Below, one piece after another: positions 21,591 to 30,719 of a stretch of 64,000 nucleotides of DNA (its first letter is position 1; each line of letters begins with the position of its first letter). The notes beneath the pieces are model-generated. The model worked only from the letters and a program-made list of their open reading frames with translations, made no database searches and was not told the DNA's origin. Position numbers and translations under genes: made by a program. This stretch comes from an uncultured delta proteobacterium. GTDB taxonomy: Bacteria > Desulfobacterota > Zymogenia > Zymogenales > Zymogenaceae. Where the stretch lies: the NCBI GenBank assembly GCA_963792965.1, contig CAWBYW010000004.1, positions 32,001-96,000 of the forward strand. Direction: 5' to 3'.

Positions 21591-22622
21591 CTAAAACTCT
21601 TGCTGCGGGTAGATCGTCACGTGCGCACGGTCCGTGGTGCTGCCCATCGCGACGCTCTTTCTTTCGTTGATGTAGTAGAGGATTTTATCAGCCTTGACCA
21701 TGTCGTCTCCCCGCCAGAGAACGGGGTTATTGCTCAAGGTCAAAATCTTCTTGGCGTAGTCAAGGACCATCGTTCCCGCCGATCCCTTCATGTCCTTCTG
21801 GACGAGGTGCACCCCTCCGTCGGCTTGAATTGTCTTGACCTTTCCCACGTCCCCCGAGAGGTAGACGGTGATGGAAGAGGCGGTCAGCGTAGCGTCTTTA
21901 TAGGTTGCGATGGCCCCATCGGTGTAGCGGAAAAAGCTCTCTTTTCGATTGCCCAGAAAGCCCCCCGAGGTTATGGTAAGGGGGCTGTCGAGGCTCGTCA
22001 TATTCGTGAAGCCGCCCTCATCGGCCTGCGGTTCCTTGGGGGCGCTTGGGGCCTTATTTTCGCCGACGATATGCGTCTTCACGTCCGACTTGATAGAGAG
22101 CTCCTCCTTTTCGAGGTTGAAGACGAGCCCCTTACCCTCGAAACTGGCGGCGGGTCCCGTTACGGTGATCGGGTCGTCGGTGGAGATTTCGGACGCGTCG
22201 GCGCTGTAGCTCAGGTTGTCGGTTTTCATCGTATAGTCGCCCGCGGCGGTAATGGTGACGTTCTTGGAGATCGTGATGTTCTTCGTGTCGGTATTGAGGA
22301 GGCCGTAGTCGCCGGCGACGACGATCTTATATTGATCTTTGTAGAAAAAGGTAACACGGATGTCCTTGAATTCGGTCTTGGCCTCGTCCTTGAAGAACTT
22401 GGCCTCTCCCGACTCTATCTCGTAAAGGGTTTTCCCTCCCGTCGATTCGGTATATTTGAGTTTCTCGGCCTCGATGCTCGGGGGGCCGCCCGCGGCGGCG
22501 GTCATCTCCTTTTGTTCTTTTTCGGCCTCGTTGAGCTTCCGGGAGCTGAAAAAGAGGGCGACGACGATCCCGATGGTGATCAGGACGACGACAGCGCCCA
22601 GGATAAATCGTAATCGTTTCAT
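21591..22622 (-). CDS. LptC-LptA fusion protein
   Basis: N-terminal TM anchor plus LptC-like jellyroll (MKTDNLSY, STDDPITV, FEGKGL), a Pro/Glu linker, then an LptA/OstA-like domain (LTASSITVY, IQADGGVHL, LSNNPVLWRGDDMVKADKILY). Lies between kdsC and lptB. Confidence 0.82.
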   Translation of the reverse strand: MKRLRFILGAVVVLITIGIVVALFFSSRKLNEAEKEQKEMTAAAGGPPSIEAEKLKYTESTGGKTLYEIESGEAKFFKDEAKTEFKDIRVTFFYKDQYKIVVAGDYGLLNTDTKNITISKNVTITAAGDYTMKTDNLSYSADASEISTDDPITVTGPAASFEGKGLVFNLEKEELSIKSDVKTHIVGENKAPSAPKEPQADEGGFTNMTSLDSPLTITSGGFLGNRKESFFRYTDGAIATYKDATLTASSITVYLSGDVGKVKTIQADGGVHLVQKDMKGSAGTMVLDYAKKILTLSNNPVLWRGDDMVKADKILYYINERKSVAMGSTTDRAHVTIYPQQEF

Positions 22623-22692
22623 GACAACACCAAAAAATACCAAAAAATGGATGATTTTTTCTTATAACATAAGCGGAGAGGAAAGTAAAGCC

Positions 22693-23226
22693 TTATTTAT
22701 ACCGCCGCGTTGCCTCCTCCCACACACCCTTGGCCTTCAGGATGAATTCGCACAGCTCCCGCACCGCGCCGTGTCCCCCCGTAAAATCGCTGATGATATG
22801 GACGCGCTCGGCCACCTCACGCACCGCGTCGGACGGCGCCACCGAGAGCCCCACCAGCTTCATGGCGGGGATGTCCACCAGGTCATCGCCCATGAAAGCG
22901 GCCTCATCCGCACGAACCCCGATCTCCTTGAGGAGAAGGTCGGTGACCTCCGACTTATTGAGCGCGCCCTGCCGGATGTGCTTAATGCCGAGCTCGTTGC
23001 CCCGATGCTCGACCACCCGGGAGGTCCTCCCGGTGACGATGGCGCACTCTACCCCTGCCCTGGCGAGCATCTTGATCCCGTGGCCGTCCCTAACGTTGAA
23101 GGATTTGCTCTCCATACCGTTGTCGTCGATGATGATGCTGCCGTCGGTCATGACGCCGTCCACATCAAATATCACGAGTTTTATCTTCTTTGCCCTTTCG
23201 GTGGCATTTTCGGATTGAATCTTCAT
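22693..23226 (-). CDS. kdsC: KDO-8-phosphate phosphatase
   Basis: FDVDGVMTDG, FNVRDGHGI, MGDDLVD, GGHGAVRE. Confidence 0.95.
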   Translation of the reverse strand: MKIQSENATERAKKIKLVIFDVDGVMTDGSIIIDDNGMESKSFNVRDGHGIKMLARAGVECAIVTGRTSRVVEHRGNELGIKHIRQGALNKSEVTDLLLKEIGVRADEAAFMGDDLVDIPAMKLVGLSVAPSDAVREVAERVHIISDFTGGHGAVRELCEFILKAKGVWEEATRRYK

Positions 23227-23289
23227 GGGTGTATCCTTTGCGGCTTTGCCTTAATCATGTTCACGGTACCGATTTAGTCTCAGACCGGC

Positions 23290-24834
23290 CTACGGGTCTT
23301 CTGTCGTGGACGATCTCGCCGAGATGTCGCCGAAGGCGTCTTTGCCGCACAGAAGCCTTCCGGCGTACGGGAAGACCTCCGCTGCCATTCTCGACATCTC
23401 GGCCGCGAGGTTCCTGATGTCCCACTGGGCGCTCGCGTCCATCCTGAGGCGGGCGACATGATAGAGCTCGCGGAGATTGAGGGAGATGAGCACCCTCCTT
23501 TTGTGAGCGTTCGTGAGGATATAGGGGGCGATCGTGGGATTTTGTTTGCGGATTGCCCCGTAGAGCGCCTCGGCCTTATTTACGGCCCCCGTGAGGATGT
23601 CGGTCGCCCCGGCATCGCTGATGGAGGGGGGCACCTCGATGCCGAGGGATGGGTCGTAGTCCTGGGCGATAATGGACGCTATCCGGTGCCGTTTGAGCTG
23701 GGCGAAGTTTGAAGCCGAAACGACCGCCGCAAACGTGAGGGAGATCAGCTCAAACTCCCTGAGCACCCGGTCATATGACCGCATGTGGATGAACGTGGTC
23801 GCGATGAGCCGCTCTTTATCCTGTTCGGTCATCTCCCGCGCGGCCTTTTGGCACAGGCCGAAGCCGCGGCCGGTATGGGAAAAGAGGAGCGCGGCCACGA
23901 GCCTCTCGTCGCCGTCTTTGGTATAATCGACGAGGGTCAGCCGGGGGGTCTCAGCCGGATCCGTGGCCGGTAGACCTAAGGGGACGGCCCGCGTGATCGC
24001 GGGCCGCGTTTCGAGGTCGTAGGGGGTGGGCTCCGTGTATTTGATGACCGAAGGCGCGACGGGGGAAACGGCCCCGTAGATCAGCCGGGAGAGCTGTCGC
24101 ACCTCGGAAAGCGGGCTGGCCGAGAGCCTTCTGATCGTCATCTCGAGGACCCTGCTGTTTGCCGTCATACCCATCTGGGAGAGCGTGGCAAGCGGCACGG
24201 CGTACCGGGCGTCCTCCTTGGCAAGGCCCTCGACGACGGTCTTTCCTTTTTTATCGGCCGCAAGCTCAGGGTACTTGTGCTGCATATAGGGCAAGAGCCT
24301 GTCGTTCAATGCGCGGTAGGCCTGGTTCATGAACGCGACCGCCTCGGAAAACCTTCCGACCAGCCCCATCTTTTTGATCTCTTCCGGCACATAGAAGTCG
24401 TCGGTTAGCGTGATGTACCGCTGGGATTTTTCGGTGTAGGACGCGAGCCTCGCGTGCTGCAGCTGTTCGACGGCAAGCCGTGATATGCCCATGATATCGA
24501 GGTTGAAGACCGCGTGTTCCGCCACCGACGAGTGCCCCATCCCGAAGATGATGGCCTCGTTTGATCGACGCGCCTTGGCGACCTCGCGCGCTGCCTCGCG
24601 CCTGATCTCGTCGACGGGGCGTCCGTCACGGCTGATGCGGGCGTAGCCTGCCGACACGGTTTCAGGGGTGAGGTCTTCGGAGGCATGAAAATCGTCGAGG
24701 AAACGAATCGCGTCCTCGGGAGTGGAGGATCCTTGTAATTCGAGGAGCGTCTTTATAGCTGCCGCCTCTTCTTTATACGCGGTGAGCCGCTCCGCGTCAA
24801 CGTTCATGCCCGCCAGAATAACCTTCATGTCCAT
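23290..24834 (-). CDS. thyX: FAD-dependent thymidylate synthase with two ThyX domains
   Basis: GHSSVAEH, SYTEKSQRY and EDARY in domain 1; QLKRHR, NLRELYH and AQWDIR in domain 2. Confidence 0.88.
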   Translation of the reverse strand: MDMKVILAGMNVDAERLTAYKEEAAAIKTLLELQGSSTPEDAIRFLDDFHASEDLTPETVSAGYARISRDGRPVDEIRREAAREVAKARRSNEAIIFGMGHSSVAEHAVFNLDIMGISRLAVEQLQHARLASYTEKSQRYITLTDDFYVPEEIKKMGLVGRFSEAVAFMNQAYRALNDRLLPYMQHKYPELAADKKGKTVVEGLAKEDARYAVPLATLSQMGMTANSRVLEMTIRRLSASPLSEVRQLSRLIYGAVSPVAPSVIKYTEPTPYDLETRPAITRAVPLGLPATDPAETPRLTLVDYTKDGDERLVAALLFSHTGRGFGLCQKAAREMTEQDKERLIATTFIHMRSYDRVLREFELISLTFAAVVSASNFAQLKRHRIASIIAQDYDPSLGIEVPPSISDAGATDILTGAVNKAEALYGAIRKQNPTIAPYILTNAHKRRVLISLNLRELYHVARLRMDASAQWDIRNLAAEMSRMAAEVFPYAGRLLCGKDAFGDISARSSTTEDP

Positions 24835-24850
24835 GACTCCCGAGTGCGGA

Positions 24851-25669
24851 TTACGTCCTCATTTTTCCTGTCAGCATCACGATCAAGAACATCCCGATGA
24901 TCGGCAGCGACCCGAGCAGTGCCGCGGCGGAGAAGACCGACCAGTTGGTCGAGAAATCGCCTTCAAGGAAGGTCCTCAGCCCGAGGGCAAGGGTATAGAG
25001 CTTCTCGTCGGTGAGGACGACGGCCGCCAACAGAAAATCCGAATAGGCGGCGATAAAGGTGAAGGCAAAGGCGACCGCGAGCATCGGGGCCGACCCGGGC
25101 AGCACGACGTGGAGATAAACGGAAAACGGCCCCGCGCCGTCGAGGGTCGCCGCCTCCTCGAGCGACCGGGAGGTCGTATCGTAGAATCCCTTGAGCATCC
25201 ATGTGGCGAAGGGAACGGCCCCGCCGAGGTAGACGAGTATGAGCGCGCCGTGGGTATCGAGTATCTTGAGGAACTGGAGGATCTTGTAGATCGCCACGAG
25301 CGACATCACGCCCGGAAAGAGCTGGACGACCAACAGACCCGTCGTTATCCCTTCCTTTCCGAAGAAGCGGTGGCGCGACAGCGCGTACGAGCAGAGCGAC
25401 GTGATCAGCACCGCCAGAAAAGCCGTCGGCGTGGCGACGAGGACCGAATTGGTGATCCAGAGCAGGAAATCGGTATCATAAAAGAGGGTGCGGTAGTTGT
25501 CGAGGGTAAACGATTGTGGCAAAAGATTTCCCGCGTAGAGCTCCCCGCCCGCCGAAAAGGAGACCGAGACGATAAAAAGGATCGGGACAGCGGCGGCCAG
25601 GCAGAGGACCGCGATGAAGAGGAGGGCACTCCCCTTCCGCACCGCGCGCCCCAAACCGATCCACTTCAT
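24851..25669 (-). CDS. Maltose/oligosaccharide ABC permease (MalG-like)
   Basis: EAA loop LEEAATLDGA; WMLKGFYD. Confidence 0.9.
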   Translation of the reverse strand: MKWIGLGRAVRKGSALLFIAVLCLAAAVPILFIVSVSFSAGGELYAGNLLPQSFTLDNYRTLFYDTDFLLWITNSVLVATPTAFLAVLITSLCSYALSRHRFFGKEGITTGLLVVQLFPGVMSLVAIYKILQFLKILDTHGALILVYLGGAVPFATWMLKGFYDTTSRSLEEAATLDGAGPFSVYLHVVLPGSAPMLAVAFAFTFIAAYSDFLLAAVVLTDEKLYTLALGLRTFLEGDFSTNWSVFSAAALLGSLPIIGMFLIVMLTGKMRT

Positions 25670-26574
25670 CAGAAGGTCTCCTGTTTTCGCGCCCCGAAAA
25701 ACCGTACGTTAAAAACGGTAATAATGCCGATGATAACGAAGATCACCACGGCGTACGCGGCCGCAAGGCCGTATCGCCGACCGGTAAGTGTCAGCTTGAA
25801 GATATACGAGATGAGGATGTCAGTGGCCCCGGCGCCCCCGATCGCCCCGGGATAGGTCGGCCCGCCCGCGGTCAATAGGTAGATCGCCGTGAAATTGGTG
25901 AAGGCGGCCGAGGTCCCGAGAACCAGAACGGGGATCATCCTCCGGGTGACGAGGGGGACGGTCAGGAAGAGAAAGGTCGACGCGGGTCCCGATCCGTCGA
26001 GACGGGCCGCCTCGAAGATGCCTTTCGGAAGGGTCTGGATGATGGAGGATGCGGTCACCGTCATAAAGGGGATGCCGAGCCACACGCTGACCAGGAGGAC
26101 CGAGATCCGCGCCACGTGTGGATCGGTGAGCCAGGGGATAGGACCTGCGCCGATGAGAGAAAGCAGGCCGTTCGCCGCCCCGAAGTGGTAGTTCAACAGC
26201 CCCTTCCAGATCAGTATCGTTATGAAGGCCGGCACCACCCAGGGGATGATCAGGATCGGCCTTGCCGCGGCTGCCAGCGGCCGGGGTATTTGCGTCAGGA
26301 CCTGGGCGGCGGCAACTCCGATCACGAAAGGGAGCAGCATGCACGCCAGCGCATAGGCGACGTTCCACAGTGCGATCCTGGCAAAATCAGAGACGGGGCT
26401 CGTGAAGAGGATACTATAGTTATAAAGCCCGACGAATTGATAATCCCGGTAGTGAAAGAGGCTCATGTCGGTCATGGAGAGATAGATGTTATAGATGATC
26501 GGCAAGAGCGACAACAGGATAACCAGGAAGAGAACCGGGAAAAGCGCCGTGGTGATAAAGAGCCTGCCCTTCAT
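25669..26574 (-). CDS. Maltose/oligosaccharide ABC permease (MalF-like)
   Basis: FVGLYNY, IIPWVVP, EAARLDG, TDILISYIFKL. Confidence 0.9.
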   Translation of the reverse strand: MKGRLFITTALFPVLFLVILLSLLPIIYNIYLSMTDMSLFHYRDYQFVGLYNYSILFTSPVSDFARIALWNVAYALACMLLPFVIGVAAAQVLTQIPRPLAAAARPILIIPWVVPAFITILIWKGLLNYHFGAANGLLSLIGAGPIPWLTDPHVARISVLLVSVWLGIPFMTVTASSIIQTLPKGIFEAARLDGSGPASTFLFLTVPLVTRRMIPVLVLGTSAAFTNFTAIYLLTAGGPTYPGAIGGAGATDILISYIFKLTLTGRRYGLAAAYAVVIFVIIGIITVFNVRFFGARKQETF

Positions 26575-27815
26575 CGCCTCATCTCCTCGATGTAGATGGT
26601 GAGCCGCCGCTGCATGTCGCAGAGGGCCTGTTTCGGCGTCGTGCCGCCGGCAATCGAGAGTGTCGCGGCGTCGCTTGTCGCATCCCAGATGAGATCGCCC
26701 TCCGGGTCGTTGGGGAAGGGAAAGGAGTCGGCGGCAATCGAGACGGCCGTGGAGAGTACCGGGTTCTTGACGAAATCGTCTTTGCGGTAGACGGTGGGGT
26801 CGGCCATGGTCCGTATCCCTCCCGAGAGCTCGTAGAAGCGCCGGAGGCTGTCGGGAGAGAGGAGAAAGGCTAAGAATTTTTCGGCGTCTCGTTTATTATT
26901 CGAGTAGGCCGAGATGGATAGTCCCATGAGCGTCGCCAGCGGCCGCCCCCGGGCGCCGTCGGCAAAGGGCGGAAGGGGGTAGTAGCCGACGGGGATGCCG
27001 AGTCGCTCCCAATAGGGGATGAGCTGGGTGCCGTAGATCGTCATGGCGACCCGGCCCTTCGAAAAGAGATCGGAGATGATCGGGTAAGTAATCCCCACGG
27101 GGATGAGCCGGTCCTTCCTGACGAGATCAGTCAGAAACGTCAGCGCCCGTATGCCGCCCTCCGTGCAGAACCCGAGGTGTGTGGTGTCGGTCCCCGACGG
27201 GCCCTTGTCCTTGAATATATAGGCCCCGTCGGCGTCATAGAACGGAAAGGTGAAATAGAAGTTCGTGGGGTCCGTGAGGAACCCGTAGGTATCGGGAGTC
27301 CCGTCGCCGTCCATGTCTTTGGTCAGCTTCCGCGCCCGGGCAAACAGCTCTTCCCAGTTCTTCGGAGGAGCTACGGTCAGGTTCTTATTGACGACCAAGC
27401 CGTACGATTCCACCGTCAGGGGCACGCCCATGAGCGCCCCCCGGTAGCGAAAGGCCTCGACGAGGGGACGGGGATACGCGGAGAGCCGCGGCGAAAATGA
27501 GTCCATGGGCTCAAGGAGCCCCATCAGGGTGAGGACGCCGGTCGAGGTATGCGCAATGCTCACGACGTCCGGACCCTTCCCGGCCGGAGCGGCCAGCTCG
27601 AGCTTCGTAGTGATCTCAAAGAGGCCGATCTCGGTGATCTTGACGGCCACGCCGGTCTTTTCCTCAAAGCGTTTTGCCGCGTCCGACAGCGCCCGTATCT
27701 CGTCCTTATCCATGGCCGCCCATACGGTAACGACGCTGCGCGTCCCATTTGGAGAGGGAGCGCAAGAGATGCAGCAGAGGCCGGCCAGGGCAATGATAAA
27801 AAGGTAGTACTTCAT
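26571..27815 (-). CDS. Maltose/cyclodextrin-type sugar-binding lipoprotein
   Basis: Signal peptide with Cys; APAGKGPDV; GVPLTVES. Confidence 0.88.
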   Translation of the reverse strand: MKYYLFIIALAGLCCISCAPSPNGTRSVVTVWAAMDKDEIRALSDAAKRFEEKTGVAVKITEIGLFEITTKLELAAPAGKGPDVVSIAHTSTGVLTLMGLLEPMDSFSPRLSAYPRPLVEAFRYRGALMGVPLTVESYGLVVNKNLTVAPPKNWEELFARARKLTKDMDGDGTPDTYGFLTDPTNFYFTFPFYDADGAYIFKDKGPSGTDTTHLGFCTEGGIRALTFLTDLVRKDRLIPVGITYPIISDLFSKGRVAMTIYGTQLIPYWERLGIPVGYYPLPPFADGARGRPLATLMGLSISAYSNNKRDAEKFLAFLLSPDSLRRFYELSGGIRTMADPTVYRKDDFVKNPVLSTAVSIAADSFPFPNDPEGDLIWDATSDAATLSIAGGTTPKQALCDMQRRLTIYIEEMRR

Positions 27816-27975
27816 CGTTCGTAGGCAGTTTCAGTCGATTACTCTCTTCTTTAGTCTAAGCCAGGGGTGTTGTACGGTCAAGAATATTCTTATGCGCGAG
27901 CCGATATGATAACCCCCCGTAGAGCGCGGGGGTGTCATCGTCGACTTCTCGTGCCGTCCGAGGGGGGCCTGTCTG

Positions 27976-28359
27976 CTATGGGGGGCCGGCCTTTTTACCG
28001 ACCCATATCCTGAGGGTAGTCGTTACCGCGACGATGCCGAGCAGTAACAGGAGAAAGATGAGAAGATAACGGGAAGCCGCCTCGATCTGGCCTGCGACCT
28101 TTAACGTGAGCGCGGGCGGATTGTTGATGAGGTCCGCATAGCGGTAGTCACAACTGTAGAACTTCGCCGATATTCCTCCGATCAGGGCCGTGAGGATGAA
28201 CGCTATCTTTATGGTCCGGGACAGAAATGCACCCATACGGGGCGGGGCGAGTTTTGTCGCAATCGCATTGAGGTCACGCAGGACCACGAGCGACAACACG
28301 ACCCCGAGAAGGGCGCAGATCCCGAGCCCGAAACAATAGACGACGAGCACCGTCTGCAT
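27976..28359 (-). CDS. Small 3-TM membrane protein of unknown function
   Basis: Three hydrophobic segments; translationally coupled to the upstream paralog. Confidence 0.7.
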   Translation of the reverse strand: MQTVLVVYCFGLGICALLGVVLSLVVLRDLNAIATKLAPPRMGAFLSRTIKIAFILTALIGGISAKFYSCDYRYADLINNPPALTLKVAGQIEAASRYLLIFLLLLLGIVAVTTTLRIWVGKKAGPP

Positions 28360-28706
28360 TACCGCTCCCTTTTCCGCACCGTATAGGCCAGCAGGAGGAC
28401 CGAGAGGACGACGAGCAGCGTCCAGAGGAGACGAAATCCCATCCCCTCCACCTGATTCATCAGGCTCCAGAAGAGAACGAGCCGATCGGTCTTCGCCTCT
28501 GCGGGGTAGGTGCCGGCCATAGCCCCCGAGATCGAGGAAAGCATGATGACGGTGTAGATGATCCGGGACCAGAACCTTTTCACGCCGGCGTCCGGAAACA
28601 GCGCCGTCAGAAAGGCGGAGAGGCCGGACCTGAGCAATAGGGCGACGATGATGCCGAGCAGTACGGCCGCGCCCGTTCCCAAGAGGTAAAACTGGAGTAG
28701 TTCCAT
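28359..28706 (-). CDS. Small 3-TM membrane protein of unknown function
   Basis: Three hydrophobic segments; similar layout to 27976-28359. Confidence 0.7.
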   Translation of the reverse strand: MELLQFYLLGTGAAVLLGIIVALLLRSGLSAFLTALFPDAGVKRFWSRIIYTVIMLSSISGAMAGTYPAEAKTDRLVLFWSLMNQVEGMGFRLLWTLLVVLSVLLLAYTVRKRER

Positions 28707-28709
28707 GGG

Positions 28710-28916
28710 CTAATCCTTAAGATCGTTAAATATTTTTTTGCTCTCGGAAAAGGAGATACCGAGGGCCGTAAGGATCTTACGCTTGGTCTCCATCCGACAG
28801 CTCTTCCCCTTCTCGATACGATCGACGGTCAGCACGCTGACGCCGGCCTTGCGCGCCAATTCGGACTTTGAAAGAAGCATCTGTTCCCTGATCGCGGTCA
28901 AGGTATTCTTGGACAT
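28710..28916 (-). CDS. XRE/Cro-like HTH regulator
   Basis: LSKSELARKAGVSVLTVDRIEKG HTH; GGAGG-independent start at ATG 28916 chosen from the protein N-terminus. Confidence 0.85.
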   Translation of the reverse strand: MSKNTLTAIREQMLLSKSELARKAGVSVLTVDRIEKGKSCRMETKRKILTALGISFSESKKIFNDLKD

Positions 28917-29227
28917 GGGAGGTCTCAACTACTGATAGAAATGGCAATCATCCGTAATCCGGCTCTCAACGATGTGAGGAGGCTGAGTGTCCGGCGTACT
29001 TTCGTTCCGTATAGAGGGGATATCACGACTCCGTATTATCGCCAGAGATGGTTTGTTTATATAAGTAATGCATAGATTTATTTTATTTTGTTATAAAAGT
29101 CAAGAAAATTTATAAAAGAGAGATATTTAATTCATCTTTTCCGGACCTCGTCCCGAATCATGAGCGTCTGGAGATGTCTTAGTGTATCATGACGTGAGAT
29201 GAAAAACGAGGGCCCCGCGATTTTTCC

Positions 29228-29288
29228 TTGACTTTCCTGCACCCGTTGGATAGAGTAGTACTGTTACTATTAGAGTAGTAACAGTACT
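29228..29288 (+). promoter_or_regulatory. Sigma70-like promoter of the ord operon with an overlapping 13-bp inverted-repeat operator
   Basis: TTGACT (29228) -17 bp- TAGAGT (29251); AGTACTGTTACTA-N6-TAGTAACAGTACT at 29257-29288. Confidence 0.75.
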
Positions 29289-29345
29289 CAGAGACAAACG
29301 GCCGGGCTAACCGATAGTCGGCGTGATACATACGGGAGGGCAATT

Positions 29346-30392
29346 ATGAGCGATCCAATCAAAGTCGTCGTGTGGGGGACGGGCCAGATGGGGAGCGGCA
29401 TCATCAAGCTGGTGCGGCAGAAGAAGGGCATGGTGCTTTCGGGGGTAATCTCGGCCCGGAAGGAGCGGGACGGGATGGACGTGGGGACGGTGATCGGCGA
29501 AGAAAAACCGATCGGCCTCTCGATATCCACCGACGCCGCGGGCGTCCTGCGGAGGGTCAAGCCCGATATCGTCCTTCAGGCGACCTGTTCCCGGGTCGTA
29601 GACGCTTTTCCTGAGATCGAGACGATACTCTCGGCGGGGGCCAATGTCATCTCCATCGCCGAGGAGATGAGTTTTCCCCGTGTGAGCAGTCCCGACCTTG
29701 CCGACAAGATCGAGAAGCTCGCGAAGAAAAACCGGGTCTCGGCGCTCGGGACGGGCATCAACCCCGGCTTTGTCCTGGACCTCTTAGTTATCGCGCTGAC
29801 GGGCGTCTGTTTTCGGGTCGATTCCATCACCGCCCGGCGGGTCAACGACCTCTCCCCGTACGGGCCGTCGGTCCTCAAGACCCAGGGAGTGGGGATCAGT
29901 CCCGAGGAGTTCAAGAAAGGAGTGAAGGACGGCTCGGTGGTGGGGCACTTCGGCTTCCCCGAGTCGATCGGCATGATCGCAAAGGCGCTCGGCTGGGACA
30001 TCGAGAAAATCGAGCAAACGCGTGAACCCATCGTCAGCACCGTGGAGCGCAAAACCCCGTTCGTCACGATCAAACCGGGCTTCACCGCGGGCTGTAAGCA
30101 CACGGGCATCGGTTACATGAATAACAAGCCCGTCATCACCCTCATTCATCCCCAGCAGGTGCACCCGCACCTGGCAAACGTGACCACCGGCGACTATATC
30201 GAGATCTCGGGCAGCCCGAAGATTGCTTTTTCCGGCTCCCCGGAGATACCCGGCGGGATCGGGACGGAGGCCTTGGCCGTCAACATGATTCCCCAGGTCA
30301 TCAACGCCGTCCCGGGCCTCTATACCATGGCGGAGCTTCCGGTGCCGGCGGCGATCATGGGGGACGTAAGAAAACTCATCGGGGGGAAGTGA
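29346..30392 (+). CDS. ord: 2,4-diaminopentanoate dehydrogenase
   Basis: WGTGQMGSG Rossmann motif, SIAEEM, GTGINPGFVLD, RVNDLSPYG, GHFGFPES; adjacent to ortAB. Confidence 0.93.
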   Translation: MSDPIKVVVWGTGQMGSGIIKLVRQKKGMVLSGVISARKERDGMDVGTVIGEEKPIGLSISTDAAGVLRRVKPDIVLQATCSRVVDAFPEIETILSAGANVISIAEEMSFPRVSSPDLADKIEKLAKKNRVSALGTGINPGFVLDLLVIALTGVCFRVDSITARRVNDLSPYGPSVLKTQGVGISPEEFKKGVKDGSVVGHFGFPESIGMIAKALGWDIEKIEQTREPIVSTVERKTPFVTIKPGFTAGCKHTGIGYMNNKPVITLIHPQQVHPHLANVTTGDYIEISGSPKIAFSGSPEIPGGIGTEALAVNMIPQVINAVPGLYTMAELPVPAAIMGDVRKLIGGK

Positions 30393-30393
30393 C

Positions 30394-30714
30394 ATGGCCG
30401 GCATCGTGAAAAAAGGAAGCTGGGTTGAGATCTACCGGGTGATCCTCCCGCCGGGGGAGCGGGCTCCCCAGGTCCCGGATGACACAAAGAAAGTCCCGCT
30501 TGAGATGAAGGTCAAGGGATTCTTAGATGCGGACGCGCGGATCGGCGACGAGGTCCAGGTGATCACGGCCGCCGGCAGGGCCGTTGGTGGAAAGCTTTCG
30601 GTGGTCAATCCCGCGTACACCCACGGCTTTGGGGAGCCGATCCAGGAGCTTATCTCGATCGGCCGGGAGGCAAAGGAAATCCTGGCGGTCGCCCGCGCAG
30701 GGAAGACGAGGTAG
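30394..30714 (+). CDS. ortA: 2-amino-4-ketopentanoate thiolase alpha subunit
   Basis: KKGSWVEI, ERAPQVPDDTKKVPLEMKVKGFL, NPAYTHGFG. Confidence 0.93.
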   Translation: MAGIVKKGSWVEIYRVILPPGERAPQVPDDTKKVPLEMKVKGFLDADARIGDEVQVITAAGRAVGGKLSVVNPAYTHGFGEPIQELISIGREAKEILAVARAGKTR

Positions 30715-30719
30715 CGATA

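Noticed and set aside
24851-27815. Sugar ABC operon without an ATPase gene
   Set aside because: This is common: CUT1 systems often share an MsmK/MalK-type ATPase encoded elsewhere.
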